Source: an uncultured Nitrososphaerota archaeon
GTDB taxonomy: Archaea > Thermoproteota > EX4484-205 > JAAOZP01
Length of the DNA stretch: 64,000 nucleotides
Assembly: GCA_964416155.1 (NCBI GenBank)
Contig: CAYQCW010000002.1
Location: 44,748 to 108,747, forward strand
Direction: 5' to 3'
Of this stretch, positions 8,804-18,974 are shown piece after piece. Below the pieces are notes generated by a model, which worked only from the letters and a program-made list of their open reading frames with translations, did not search any database and was not told the origin of the DNA. The position numbers were made by a program, and so were the translations under genes. Position 1 is the first letter of the stretch, and every line of letters begins with the position of its first letter.

Positions 8804-9463
8804 TTAAAGCTTGGAGCCGCATTCAGCGCAGAACTTGGCACCGGGAGAATTATCAGCGTCACACTTGGGGCACTTCAACATTGACAGTGGCACACCGCAA
8901 TTCGTGCAGAATTTCCCTGCTCCAGCCGGCTTGCCGCAGACAGAGCATACTGTTTGCGTCGGCCTAACCTCCTCTTTAAAAACCTGGGTTGACTTCGCCT
9001 TCTCCCATATCTGCTCCCTGCGGACGGATGCTCTTGCAGCAGCTATCTCTGCAGCAGCCCTAGGCGCATCTTCCACGCATAGACCCTCCTCATCGTTCCA
9101 GCATACGTCGCAAACCCACCTCATGCATTTCGGACACTTGTGGAAATGCCCCATAGCCTCGTTTTGAGCCAGTTTAAAGGATTCCTCGTGCTCCTTATGC
9201 CACTCCGGAGACATTCCTCTAAACCTCTCGGAGATCACATCTGCACCTTCCCCAACGCGATAGCCTAACCCGCTTCCAGCTACAGACGAAGCTATGGAAG
9301 CAGCTCTACCCAAACCCCTCAGCAGGCCGGCCTTCTTATAGGTTTTGGACTCGATGAAACTCGTCTTATAACCGTCTCGACAGTTGTCGCAGAAGAAGGT
9401 GAATTGAAAACCTGCCTCAGTACTGTTATCCGCGTAGTTCCTCGTAAAAGGCATGAAGGGCAC
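8804..9463 (-). CDS. Multi zinc-ribbon protein (double zinc ribbon C-terminus)
   Basis: Many CxxC pairs; C-terminal CSVCG..KFCTNCG..CPKC..KFCAECGSKL. Confidence 0.85.
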   Translation of the reverse strand: MPFMPFTRNYADNSTEAGFQFTFFCDNCRDGYKTSFIESKTYKKAGLLRGLGRAASIASSVAGSGLGYRVGEGADVISERFRGMSPEWHKEHEESFKLAQNEAMGHFHKCPKCMRWVCDVCWNDEEGLCVEDAPRAAAEIAAARASVRREQIWEKAKSTQVFKEEVRPTQTVCSVCGKPAGAGKFCTNCGVPLSMLKCPKCDADNSPGAKFCAECGSKL

Positions 9464-9560
9464 TCTTCAACACCTCTGTGCACCAAATGGCGAGAAGGAA
9501 TATTTTAAGTTTACTGAGAAAGATAGGGTTATATTCACCCGTGTAGAAATTTATGCGTGA

Positions 9561-9884
9561 ATGCGCTTGGCTAGCTACAGGAAACCCTGTAAGTATTGCA
9601 ACCAGCTGATCCCTCCGAATTCAAGCACTTGCCCTGTTTGTGGAAGGATAAATCCTTTGAAGACCATGTGCCCGAGGTGCCGTGCACCAGTTGAGCCCCA
9701 CTGGGTAAACTGTAACTCGTGCGGGCTTGCTCTGGCGATTAACTGTCCAAAGTGCGGACAGTCCACTTTCTTCGGCGACTATTGCCTGAGCTGCGGGGAG
9801 AGACTGGTCGTGGAGTGTAAAAAATGCCGCACGGTGCAGCCTCCGGTAGGCACAAAGTGCATCAAGTGTGGAAAACCCCTTTAA
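9561..9884 (+). CDS. Small tandem zinc-ribbon protein (eight CxxC pairs)
   Basis: CKYC, CPVC, CPRC, CNSC, CPKC, CLSC, CKKC, CIKC. Confidence 0.85.
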   Translation: MRLASYRKPCKYCNQLIPPNSSTCPVCGRINPLKTMCPRCRAPVEPHWVNCNSCGLALAINCPKCGQSTFFGDYCLSCGERLVVECKKCRTVQPPVGTKCIKCGKPL

Positions 9885-9937
9885 CCGGGCGCGCGCTAAT
9901 GAATGAGAAGGTTTCAACAGGCAGGCAAGATTCAATG

Positions 9938-10369
9938 CTAAAAGTCCTCCAAGAACAGAATCTCTACATCAAAAGGCTCGCTCGAAATCTCTCTAATTAA
10001 TTCGGCCTCCCTCTTAGCGAAGAGGGCGGGCGCATCTATTTTCTTAGCTAGAGCCAAGGTGAAGCAGTCAGCCAAGGAAATTCTTCTTTTACACTTGTAC
10101 TCTGCAGCATGCTCAATAAGCTCAGAATCATCATGTACGAAAAAATAGCCTGAGTCCAGTAGGTTTTTGATCCTGACGCGGGCTTCCTCACCGCCGAGTT
10201 TCCTACAAAGAACATATCCCACTTCTGCGACGCATAGTTCAGATATGTTTCCATAAACTGATTCGTTTTTAATAGCCTCCTTCAATTTTGAACCGTGCAG
10301 GGTGGAGTATAAAAGCTCTAGAAGCACGCTCGCGTCAAAGGCTAAACTTCCTACGAGCCCTTTCTTCAT
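9938..10369 (-). CDS. vapC: PIN-domain toxin
   Basis: FDASVL, VAEVGY, ISLADCFTLALA; overlaps the upstream small gene. Confidence 0.88.
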   Translation of the reverse strand: MKKGLVGSLAFDASVLLELLYSTLHGSKLKEAIKNESVYGNISELCVAEVGYVLCRKLGGEEARVRIKNLLDSGYFFVHDDSELIEHAAEYKCKRRISLADCFTLALAKKIDAPALFAKREAELIREISSEPFDVEILFLEDF

Positions 10370-10601
10370 CCTTCGCCCTTTCCCCCTTTAACTCCTTATA
10401 GGCTTCCTCAAAACCTGGAATCGGTTGACAAGCCCGTTCCAATAGGTCTGGTCGTTTAACTCCTCTAGCAATTAAATACCTTATGGCTTCGTTCAAATCC
10501 ACTCTTCTACCCCATTTCAACTGTAGTTCGGAAGCTACTTTGAGTAGAGCCTTTTTCACATCCTCAGTAACAGATATCGTGCTCATAGCCAATATAGACA
10601 T
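10335..10601 (-). CDS. vapB: VapB-type antitoxin
   Basis: STISVTEDVKKALLKV...DLNEAIRYLI (RHH-like); directly upstream of and overlapping vapC. Confidence 0.8.
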   Translation of the reverse strand: MSILAMSTISVTEDVKKALLKVASELQLKWGRRVDLNEAIRYLIARGVKRPDLLERACQPIPGFEEAYKELKGERAKDEERARRKFSL

Positions 10602-10643
10602 TACAGTTAATATAAAAAGCTTTAGTCCGGCTTTTCAGCACGA

Positions 10644-12209
10644 TTATTTCGGAATTTTAACGAATAGTTGGGGAAGCTTTTTCCTCCTGTAAACATGGTA
10701 CTCGTGCAGTATTATTGCTATAGCGATGACCAGTATCATAATGGCCAGTATCAGGAGAACGGTTTGTGAAAGAGTCATTCCAACCCCTAGGATTTCCAGG
10801 AAGACGTCTAGGTCGAACCTGGCGAAGCTGTTGCGAGTAAGCGAAACCTTTTTTACCCCGAGGAATTGACCGTACGAAGCCTCTACGGTGTATTCTCCGT
10901 CAGGCAGCTCAACCTCAGCGTTGCCACCCTTATCCGTAAGAATCCTGGTAAGCTCAAAACCATCCTTCATGATTACGACGCCAGCGCCCTTCAAAGCCTG
11001 TCCCTGAGCACCCCTCACCATTATTGTTAGACTATGCACGTTTGAAGGCGTCAAGGTTATTTCCCCGTCTGTCGCAACCCCTATTTTCTGAAACACGAGG
11101 TCTGAGTCAAGCCATTTAGCCGACACCGTGTAGTTACCCGACGGAACCTGCGTCGCCGAGACTTCGCCATTAGCATCAGCCTTACCCAAGTATACTTCTT
11201 CAAGATAAACATCAGCAGCAGTCAAGGGTCTGCCCCTCGGAGACAATAGTCTTAAAACAATGTCGTAGACGGGCATTACTATCAAGGTGTCTTCAGTTAC
11301 GGTTGTCTTCACGACAGCCTTACTGCCATACTTGCTCACCCATTCAGCGGTAAGCCTGTAGCTTCTCCTCGGCATCCTCTCAAAGAGGAGTGTTCCAGAC
11401 TCATCTGTAAAACCGCTTAAACCCCATTCCTCAAGCACAACGTGAACATTTTTCAACGGCCTACCATTAGCATCGTTGAAAGACATAACCATGTCGCCAA
11501 CGTCAGCCCTGAATATTTTAGCCTGCGAGACACCGTATTCAGAGGTAGCGGCGTAAGACTCGGGACGTATGCCCAGGTATATGTACTGGTGCTGAGGCTC
11601 GTCAGTATAGCTGTCGAACACCACTGTTGAGAACACTGGGCCCAGGACCTCGCTGCACCCGGCGGGCTTGTAGTAAACTATGACATAGTATTTCCCGTAG
11701 AATCTTGCCCATCCTGATCTACCGTTGAAAGACACGTATTGAATATACTCGTCTCCAGCGGGCTGCGGTGGAACATTGTTTGAAACAGGGTTCCAATTCG
11801 GGTTTACCGGCTCACCTGTAAGCCTCTTATGCTCGTCAACCCAGTACCATCCTCTGAGAAGGTTGAACCCTATGTCAACCCTGTCACCTGGCTCGATCTT
11901 CAAGTGTTCAGCAGCATTGCCGGCTCCAACACTAAGGGTCCCAGCGTGACCATACTTGTCTGTCATCGCCGCGGTCACGTTGCCCCTCGTGTAGGCGTCG
12001 ACAACATACACCCATGCTTTCTCCAAAGGCCTCCCGTCTTCAGCGACCAGAGTAATCATGAGCCTAGCGTTCCAGTCTAGGTATACTATTGTGCTATTCC
12101 ACCCTGACGCCTGCTCCACCTTTAAGCCGCTCCACTGGGAAATGCTTATTACAAATAGGAGTGAGAATGCTGCCGCCAAATTAATCCTTAGACTATTCCT
12201 CCCCTCCAT
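10644..12209 (-). CDS. Membrane-anchored surface protein with carboxypeptidase-regulatory-like (Ig-like) repeats
   Basis: N-terminal signal; repeated D..GRPL..A.V...TD..G units; C-terminal TM helix and basic tail YRRKK. Confidence 0.8.
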   Translation of the reverse strand: MEGRNSLRINLAAAFSLLFVISISQWSGLKVEQASGWNSTIVYLDWNARLMITLVAEDGRPLEKAWVYVVDAYTRGNVTAAMTDKYGHAGTLSVGAGNAAEHLKIEPGDRVDIGFNLLRGWYWVDEHKRLTGEPVNPNWNPVSNNVPPQPAGDEYIQYVSFNGRSGWARFYGKYYVIVYYKPAGCSEVLGPVFSTVVFDSYTDEPQHQYIYLGIRPESYAATSEYGVSQAKIFRADVGDMVMSFNDANGRPLKNVHVVLEEWGLSGFTDESGTLLFERMPRRSYRLTAEWVSKYGSKAVVKTTVTEDTLIVMPVYDIVLRLLSPRGRPLTAADVYLEEVYLGKADANGEVSATQVPSGNYTVSAKWLDSDLVFQKIGVATDGEITLTPSNVHSLTIMVRGAQGQALKGAGVVIMKDGFELTRILTDKGGNAEVELPDGEYTVEASYGQFLGVKKVSLTRNSFARFDLDVFLEILGVGMTLSQTVLLILAIMILVIAIAIILHEYHVYRRKKLPQLFVKIPK

Positions 12210-12435
12210 CTGTCTTACTAGTCTGAGGAGAAGGGTTTAAACATTGTTTTACAACCCTTTAAATAGTGAAAAACAGGGGCATTCCGCGTTTTCCAGCCTT
12301 GTTAAGCCGGTTTTTATGCCTGTTGCTCCACGTTTTTCCAGCCCCTTGACGAATTGGGTTTTTGCTGCAGTCGCAGAGTAATCACGTCGACCTATCCCCT
12401 CAATACGACATATTGTATGAGATTTGAACTTGGGT

Positions 12436-12744
12436 TCATTTACCGAACGGAGAGTATTCTTGGCTTGTCGAGTTTTCATGACGCGTTGAAAAAGGGTTGG
12501 GGAGGAGCCCTTCTCCGGATGCTGGCTTTTCACCGACAGCATTGCCGGCACGTGGACTCGTTAAGGCTGATGATTCTTTCTTCAGAAAAGGGGTGGGGGA
12601 AGAATCAAAGTCCTCCCTGCTTCCGATCGTTAAAAAGAATGAGAAAACATTTGTTAAAACGACTATAAGCAGGGAGAACGCTAATCCTTCCATGAACCTT
12701 TCCTTCAGATTATCGGGATCCGGCTCCATCGCCTGGTCCTTCAA
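12436..12744 (-). CDS. Hypothetical single-TM protein, possibly a fragment
   Basis: One hydrophobic segment (LAFSLLIVVLTNVFSFFL); no family recognised. Confidence 0.3.
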   Translation of the reverse strand: MKDQAMEPDPDNLKERFMEGLAFSLLIVVLTNVFSFFLTIGSREDFDSSPTPFLKKESSALTSPRAGNAVGEKPASGEGLLPNPFSTRHENSTSQEYSPFGK

Positions 12745-12997
12745 GAAGATTAAGGAGAATCGTTCTAATTAGAATTGTTTCATAACTCTGCCTACAAACA
12801 GACTCGATCTTAAAATGTTTGAAAAGAAAAATATTTACCGGATAATTTGTCCAAATGCCCAGCACAGAACCCGTGGGAAACAGTTTTCAGGGGATACGCT
12901 GCTTTACTGAAACATAGTGGGAATAGCCTTGCTTTTCTCAAGCCCTGAGCCAAACAAGTTTAAGAAATACTGACGTTTCCGCTTTAAACGGTGGCGG

Positions 12998-13420
12998 ATG
13001 TTGATCGTGGTTGAGACAGAGGTTGGGATAAAGACTAGCGGGGAGCTTGACATCGTGGACATTACGGGCGAAATTGCGAAGATCGTTTCTAAAACCGGTA
13101 TTAAAAACGGTATTGCTAATGTTTTCGTACCCGGGTCCACTGGAGCCGTGACGACTATAGAGTATGAGCCCGGCTTGCTTAAGGATTTGCCGAATTCCCT
13201 GGAGAGAGTAGCCCCTAGGAATGCTGAGTACGAGCATGAGAAGACTTGGCACGATGGGAACGGGCATTCTCACGTGAGAGCATCGATAATTGGGCCGAGC
13301 ATAACCATTCCGATAAAGGACGGTGCTCTTAGACTCGGCACGTGGCAGCAAGTAGTATTCGTGGAGCTCGACGTTAGGCCGAGGAGTAGAAGACTCGTCG
13401 TAACATGTCTTGGAGAGTGA
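12998..13420 (+). CDS. yjbQ: YjbQ/UPF0047 family protein
   Basis: VDIT, GSTGA, YEHE...DGNGHSHVRAS, LGTWQQVVFVELD. Confidence 0.93.
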   Translation: MLIVVETEVGIKTSGELDIVDITGEIAKIVSKTGIKNGIANVFVPGSTGAVTTIEYEPGLLKDLPNSLERVAPRNAEYEHEKTWHDGNGHSHVRASIIGPSITIPIKDGALRLGTWQQVVFVELDVRPRSRRLVVTCLGE

Positions 13421-13429
13421 GCACACGGG

Positions 13430-14779
13430 ATGGTTGAAGTTAAAATCAGCGTAATAGGGGCAGGCAGCGCAGTCTTCTCCATGAGCCTGATTAAAGACCT
13501 GTGTTTAACGCCCAGCCTGTCTGGAAGCACTGTTAGCCTAATGGATGTAAGCAGGGAGAGGCTTGACGCCGTGTACGCGATTTGCAGAAAGTATGCTGAG
13601 GAAACTGGAAGCAGACTGAGGATTGAGAAGACTCTCAACCGGCGGGAATCCCTGAGGGAAGCCGATTTCGTCGTAAACACTGCGCTCACAGCCGGTTACG
13701 CGAGGCTTAGGGAAGGCTGGTCAATAGCCAAGAGATGGGGGTACAGGTTTGGCGGAAGCCTCCACGTTATGCATGATGAAGCATTCTGGATAAACTTCTA
13801 CCAGCTTAGGTTCTTCGACTCCCTGATGGAGGATATTCTTGAAGAGTGCCCTGAAGCCTGGCATATTCAGCTGGCGAACCCTGTTCTGGCCGGAGTTACA
13901 TACCTTGGCAGGAAGCATGACGGAGTTAAAACAATTGGTCTATGCCATGGCTTTAGCGGAGTATACCGGGTCGCCAGCTTACTCGGGCTCGATGCGAGCA
14001 GGATAGGTTTCGACACGCCTGGAGTAAACCATTTCATATGGCTGGTAAGCCTTACTTACGATGAGATGAATGTCCTCCCGCTGCTTGACGAGTGGATTGC
14101 TAGGGAAGCCGGGAAACATTGGGAGAAAGTAGGCTTCAGCAGCGACCTCGGCCCCAAGGCTTTCGACCTTTACAGGAGGCTCAGAGTCTTCCCGGTTGGA
14201 GACACCTGTACTCCAGGCGGAGGCTCATGGCCATGGTGGTACCATACGGATGTGGAAACGGAGAGAAGATGGAAGGAGGATCCTGAGTCTTGGTGGGAAG
14301 GCTTCTTTACATACAACAGGGAAACCGTGGAGAAAATAATGAGAGTATCCTTGGACGATTCTAAAAAGGTTACGAGCATTTTTCCGACTGAGAAATCAGG
14401 CGAAATAATTATACCTTTAATAGAGTCTATTGCCTGCGATATTCCCAGGGTGTTCCAGGTTAACATTATTAACTCAGAGGGGCTTGTTCCGGGTGTTCCA
14501 ACTGATTTCGAGGTTGAAGTAAAAGCGGAAGTAAGCGGGAGAGGGGTTCGGGGAATTAGGGCCGGAGGGCTGCCGAAACCATTGGTGGCGTACATTCTGA
14601 GAGACAGGATGGCACCCGTAGAAGTGGAGCTTGAAGCATATGAGAGTGGAAGCAGAGAGAGGCTGCTGGAGCTGGTAGAGATGGATCCTTGGACTAGGAG
14701 CGAGGAGCAGGCTAAAGGACTGTTAAACGATATTCTTTCAATCCCCTATCATGAGGAAATGCGGCAGCACTACAAATAG
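13430..14779 (+). CDS. GH4 NAD+/Mn-dependent alpha-glucosidase/alpha-galactosidase
   Basis: KISVIGAGSAVF, ADFVVNT, ANP, GLCHG, GVNHFIW. Confidence 0.92.
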   Translation: MVEVKISVIGAGSAVFSMSLIKDLCLTPSLSGSTVSLMDVSRERLDAVYAICRKYAEETGSRLRIEKTLNRRESLREADFVVNTALTAGYARLREGWSIAKRWGYRFGGSLHVMHDEAFWINFYQLRFFDSLMEDILEECPEAWHIQLANPVLAGVTYLGRKHDGVKTIGLCHGFSGVYRVASLLGLDASRIGFDTPGVNHFIWLVSLTYDEMNVLPLLDEWIAREAGKHWEKVGFSSDLGPKAFDLYRRLRVFPVGDTCTPGGGSWPWWYHTDVETERRWKEDPESWWEGFFTYNRETVEKIMRVSLDDSKKVTSIFPTEKSGEIIIPLIESIACDIPRVFQVNIINSEGLVPGVPTDFEVEVKAEVSGRGVRGIRAGGLPKPLVAYILRDRMAPVEVELEAYESGSRERLLELVEMDPWTRSEEQAKGLLNDILSIPYHEEMRQHYK

Positions 14780-14879
14780 GAAAGTTTAACCATTTGGGGG
14801 CAGCATGCTCATAGACGGCGGAAGCAAGCGGCCAACATGCTGCAAAGTATTTCAACCGTAAACGGCATATTCTTTTAAC

Positions 14880-15854
14880 CTAAATACTTATCTTAACGTT
14901 GTTAGCCTTGAGGAACCTGTTTAAATCATCTCTTGAAGGAAGGGCTGTTATTGCACCGGGTTTCGTTACGACCAAGGCTCCAACAGCGTTCGCAACCCTA
15001 GCGCACTGCTCAACGTCTAAACCCTTGCACAGACCTACCAGCAGGCCCGCGTTCCACCCGTCGCCGGCCCCAGTGGCATCCACAGCCCTAACCTTGAAAG
15101 CAGGCGCGTATGTCCCAGGCCCGTTTCTGGCCTTCAAGAAGGAGCCGCGGGCACCGAGTTTAACGCCCACAATCTTAACCCCATACTTCAAGGCTTTTTC
15201 AGCAACCCTACTCGGATTACCCGTTCCAAAGATGAACCTGGCTTCTTCCCTTGAGAAAGTCGCGATGTCTGCGGATCTAAGCATCTGGGCATATGTTTTC
15301 CTGAGAATCGTCTCTGAACGCCAAACGTCGGGCCTCAGAGTGGGGTCGAAAGAAACGTTGACACCGGAATTCTTAGCATGCTTCACCGCCTCCATTACTG
15401 CCTGCCTAGCAGGGTTTCGCGAAAGCGCGAACCCTGATACGTGCAGTATCCTTGCCTTAGATATGTAGCCGTAATCAATATCCTTGGGAGAAAGAAGGCT
15501 GTCTGAAGTATGCTTCAACCATGGGCTTCGGTAGAAGATGCAGAGCCATCCTTTAACGGGATCGTTCACTATGAATGCTAGCGTAGTCCTAACTCCTTTC
15601 TTAATCTTGACACGCGACGTGTCAACACTATTCTTTTCAAATTCGCCGAGGATGAACCTTCCGAAGAAGTCGTCGCCAACCGCTGCTATTGCTCCTGCTT
15701 TAACACCCAGCCTCGCAACCCCCACTATGGTGTTCATCGGAGCTCCTCCAAAACACTTTTTAAAAGTCTCGGCTTTATCAAGGGATGTTTGTTCAACCCC
15801 TATGAAATCTATTAGGACTTCCCCGACTCCAATAACCTGAGGGTTAGACGCCAT
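14880..15854 (-). CDS. PfkB family carbohydrate kinase
   Basis: GGAPMN, VGDDFFG, FDPTLRP, DATGAGDGW. Confidence 0.93.
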   Translation of the reverse strand: MASNPQVIGVGEVLIDFIGVEQTSLDKAETFKKCFGGAPMNTIVGVARLGVKAGAIAAVGDDFFGRFILGEFEKNSVDTSRVKIKKGVRTTLAFIVNDPVKGWLCIFYRSPWLKHTSDSLLSPKDIDYGYISKARILHVSGFALSRNPARQAVMEAVKHAKNSGVNVSFDPTLRPDVWRSETILRKTYAQMLRSADIATFSREEARFIFGTGNPSRVAEKALKYGVKIVGVKLGARGSFLKARNGPGTYAPAFKVRAVDATGAGDGWNAGLLVGLCKGLDVEQCARVANAVGALVVTKPGAITALPSRDDLNRFLKANNVKISI

Positions 15855-16112
15855 GCGCTATACATGCTTTAAAGACTTACTTATCCTTAACGTTTTCGAG
15901 CCTAACTCAAGTTCAAAGGTTTCTGAGACCGGTAACAAAGAGGGTAAAGCCCGGGTTTACTGGAACGCGCGACAACCGTTTATTCTGAGAACCCGCTCCA
16001 TTCAAGCCTACATTTCTAAGATAAGAAGACGTTGGAAAGGTTTGATTTTTACTGTTTTCATGCAGGTACGGGAAACAGTTATATTAAGCCCAGTTGAAAT
16101 ATTTGTCATAAG

Positions 16113-16397
16113 ATGAATGTCACTAGGGTTAAGGGGAAAAACAATAAGCATAAGGTTCTGCTGTATGCTTTGAGCACATGTGGCTGGTGTAAAAAGACGA
16201 AGAAGCTTTTGGCGGATAATGGTGTTGAGTATGAGTATGTCGATGCCGACTTATGTTCCGACGAAGAATATGGGCAGATACGCGACGACATTATGCGAAG
16301 AGGAGGGCGCATCGCCTTTCCTACTTTGGTAGTAGACGATGAAAGGCTGATAACAGGGTTTGACGAGGATGAAATAAGGAAGGCTTTAGGAATTTGA
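16113..16397 (+). CDS. Glutaredoxin-like (NrdH-redoxin) protein
   Basis: LYALSTCGWCKKTK, FPTLVV..ITGF. Confidence 0.9.
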   Translation: MNVTRVKGKNNKHKVLLYALSTCGWCKKTKKLLADNGVEYEYVDADLCSDEEYGQIRDDIMRRGGRIAFPTLVVDDERLITGFDEDEIRKALGI

Positions 16398-16942
16398 CGA
16401 CTCTAGACCAGGTGCGGCGAAGAGCTGAAAGCGATGCAAGAACACACGGTTACTACTTGAATCCCGACGAAGAGTTTCTCACAGACCTTCTTGAAGGACT
16501 TAGACGCAACGAGGAGCGTTACGGTTATCCCTCCTGTCCATGCAGGCTTGCAACCGGAGTGTTTGAGATCGACCGAGACATTATATGCCCATGCGACTAC
16601 AGGGATCCTGATTGCGAGGAATATGGCTACTGTTATTGCGGGCTCTACGTGAGGAAGGATGTTGCTGAAAAGAAGCTGCCGATAAAACCGATACCTGAAC
16701 GCAGGCCGCCTGAGAAGCAGGCTGGAGCATATTTTAAGGAGGATGCAACCCCCGGTGGAAAACCGGTTGAAGAAAATAAGACCACTATAGTTTCCGAAAG
16801 GCCTCCTGCGGCGGGGTTGAAAATGTGGTATTGCAGGCAATGTGGCTATGTTTGCTTTCGAGAAGAACCGCCATACGCTTGTCCCATATGCAAGGCTAAG
16901 AGGGAAATGTTTAGCGGATTAACGGTAAGGATAATTGGGTAA
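16394..16942 (+). CDS. Ferredoxin:thioredoxin reductase catalytic subunit fused to a rubredoxin-like domain
   Basis: CPCR, CPCD and CYCGL motifs; C-terminal WYCRQCGY...CPICKA. Confidence 0.9.
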   Translation: MTTLDQVRRRAESDARTHGYYLNPDEEFLTDLLEGLRRNEERYGYPSCPCRLATGVFEIDRDIICPCDYRDPDCEEYGYCYCGLYVRKDVAEKKLPIKPIPERRPPEKQAGAYFKEDATPGGKPVEENKTTIVSERPPAAGLKMWYCRQCGYVCFREEPPYACPICKAKREMFSGLTVRIIG

Positions 16943-16996
16943 GACTTTGATTAAATGTAGAAATATTTTTAAAGAAGTGTTAGCTGAAGAGTAATT

Positions 16997-17941
16997 ATGA
17001 AACATAGGCTGTGGCGCGGCATTCACTTGTTATGCAACAATAACGATGATATTGATTCTCTGGTTAAAGAGATTTCTGAATTAGCAGGTCTTGGCGTAAA
17101 CGTTCTCATGGCTGAAGTGGATTATAATTACGCTTATTCTTCTCATCCTGAGCTGCGGGGTCCAAACCCGATAACGCTTGATCATGCTCGCACACTTGTC
17201 GAAGAGTGTCGTTCCCACAGCATCCGTTTAATACCGCAGTTCCAGTGTCTAGGGCACCAGTCTTGGGCTAGAACGACTTTCCCGCTTTTAACCCAGTACC
17301 CACAGCTTGACGAAACCCCCGGACAGTTCCCGGATAACGAGGGAATATATTGCCGGAGCTGGTGTCCCCAGCACCCTGATGTTAACAGGATTGTCTTCAG
17401 CCTTTTCGACGAGCTTATAGATGTGTTTGAAGCAGACGCGCTGCACGTGGGGATGGACGAGGTCTTCCTCATCGCCTCAGAGCATTGCCCGCGCTGCCGG
17501 AACCAGAGTCCAAGCAGGCTTTTCGCAAAGGCTGCTAACGATTACTATGAGCATTTGAAGGAGCGCGGGGTTGAGATGCTGATGTGGGGTGACCGCCTGC
17601 TGGACAGCAAGACCACCGGCTACGGAATGTGGGAAGCTTCTGAAAACCAGACTCATCCAGCGGTCGACATGATTCCGAGAGAAATAGCGATATGCGACTG
17701 GCACTATACTCTGCGTGAAGACTATCCTTCAATCCCGTTTTTCCTTGAGAAAGGCTTCCGCGTCCTGCCGAGCGGCTGGAAGGATGTTGACGCGACTAAA
17801 GCATTCATAAGGTTTTCCCAGAGATTTATGGGTAACGAGCGTATGCTCGGCTACTTGTGCACTACCTGGGGCGCCGTTAAGCCTGGGAGCCTTGCCCAGT
17901 GGCCGCCCATCCGTGTCGCGATGGAAATGTTTTCCCAGTGA
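16997..17941 (+). CDS. GH20-like glycoside hydrolase (catalytic domain only)
   Basis: IPQFQCLGH, HVGMDEV (DE pair), MWGD, ICDWHY. Confidence 0.82.
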   Translation: MKHRLWRGIHLLCNNNDDIDSLVKEISELAGLGVNVLMAEVDYNYAYSSHPELRGPNPITLDHARTLVEECRSHSIRLIPQFQCLGHQSWARTTFPLLTQYPQLDETPGQFPDNEGIYCRSWCPQHPDVNRIVFSLFDELIDVFEADALHVGMDEVFLIASEHCPRCRNQSPSRLFAKAANDYYEHLKERGVEMLMWGDRLLDSKTTGYGMWEASENQTHPAVDMIPREIAICDWHYTLREDYPSIPFFLEKGFRVLPSGWKDVDATKAFIRFSQRFMGNERMLGYLCTTWGAVKPGSLAQWPPIRVAMEMFSQ

Positions 17942-18013
17942 AAACCCGCCTCTCCCCAATCAGAACACCCCAACGGGCGCAAGTTATTAAACACCCTGTT
18001 TAACCTTCTGCAC

Positions 18014-18928
18014 ATGCTGAAAGCTGGCGCAAAGGTCCTGGGGCCCTCGCTATTGGTTATTGTCTCAATCCTCTGGGGAACATCCTTCCCCCTGATTAAA
18101 ATAGTCGTCTCCAGAATAAACGCGGGAGAGTATGTTACCTTCAGGTTTACACTATCAGTTCTTCTCCTACTGCCGTACTTCGCCCACAGCCTTTTCAAGA
18201 ACAGGGTTAAAATGCTCGAGGCAGCGAAGCCGGGAGTAATTCTAGGACTACTCTATTTCGGAGGGATCTTCCTTCAGGGGCTTGGAACAGGGTATACTTC
18301 TGCATCCAACTCGGGCTTCATCACCAGCCTCTACATCCCTATAGTTTACGCTGCCGATGTTTTACGACGAAGGTTCAACTATAATCATAAATTTACGCTA
18401 GCGTTAATCCTGTCAGTAATCGGGATGTATTTGATGTCAGGCGGAACCTATGAGTCGAGGATCGGGGACCTGATGGTTTTGGCAGGCGCCTTCTTCTGGG
18501 CTCTCCAAGTCTTAGCGGTTGACAGTTTTTCGAAAAAATACTTCTCGCTGGATTTAGTCTTCTTCCAATATGCTGTGACAGCCATTACTGGTTTAGTGTT
18601 TATCCATGCTTCACCAGGCTTTGAAAGCTTGGTCGAAGTCATCCCGGTTCTTCTCTATCTTGCAGCAGTATGCTCCATACTCGTCGGAGTATTACAAGTA
18701 TTGGGCCAGAAATATACTTCCGCCTCCCAGGCTGTTCTAATCTACGCCCTCGAACCGGTTTCAGCAGCATTGTTCTCCTTCTTAATGTTGGGAGAGAGGC
18801 TTGGAGCAATCGAATCAACCGGCGCGACACTAATTTTGATCTCAGTAGTCATATCGCTGGGAGAGATGGCTCGTAGGAGAAAAAAGATTTACTCTGAAGA
18901 AGGGGTAGCGCGCCATCGGGACGGGTGA
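18014..18928 (+). CDS. DMT/EamA family transporter
   Basis: LWGTSFP, TSASNSGFITSL, LEPVSAALFSFLMLGE; about 10 TMs. Confidence 0.92.
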   Translation: MLKAGAKVLGPSLLVIVSILWGTSFPLIKIVVSRINAGEYVTFRFTLSVLLLLPYFAHSLFKNRVKMLEAAKPGVILGLLYFGGIFLQGLGTGYTSASNSGFITSLYIPIVYAADVLRRRFNYNHKFTLALILSVIGMYLMSGGTYESRIGDLMVLAGAFFWALQVLAVDSFSKKYFSLDLVFFQYAVTAITGLVFIHASPGFESLVEVIPVLLYLAAVCSILVGVLQVLGQKYTSASQAVLIYALEPVSAALFSFLMLGERLGAIESTGATLILISVVISLGEMARRRKKIYSEEGVARHRDG

Positions 18929-18974
18929 TGATAAAGCTTATTACTTAAAGAGTGTTACGAAGATTCGGGTAAAC

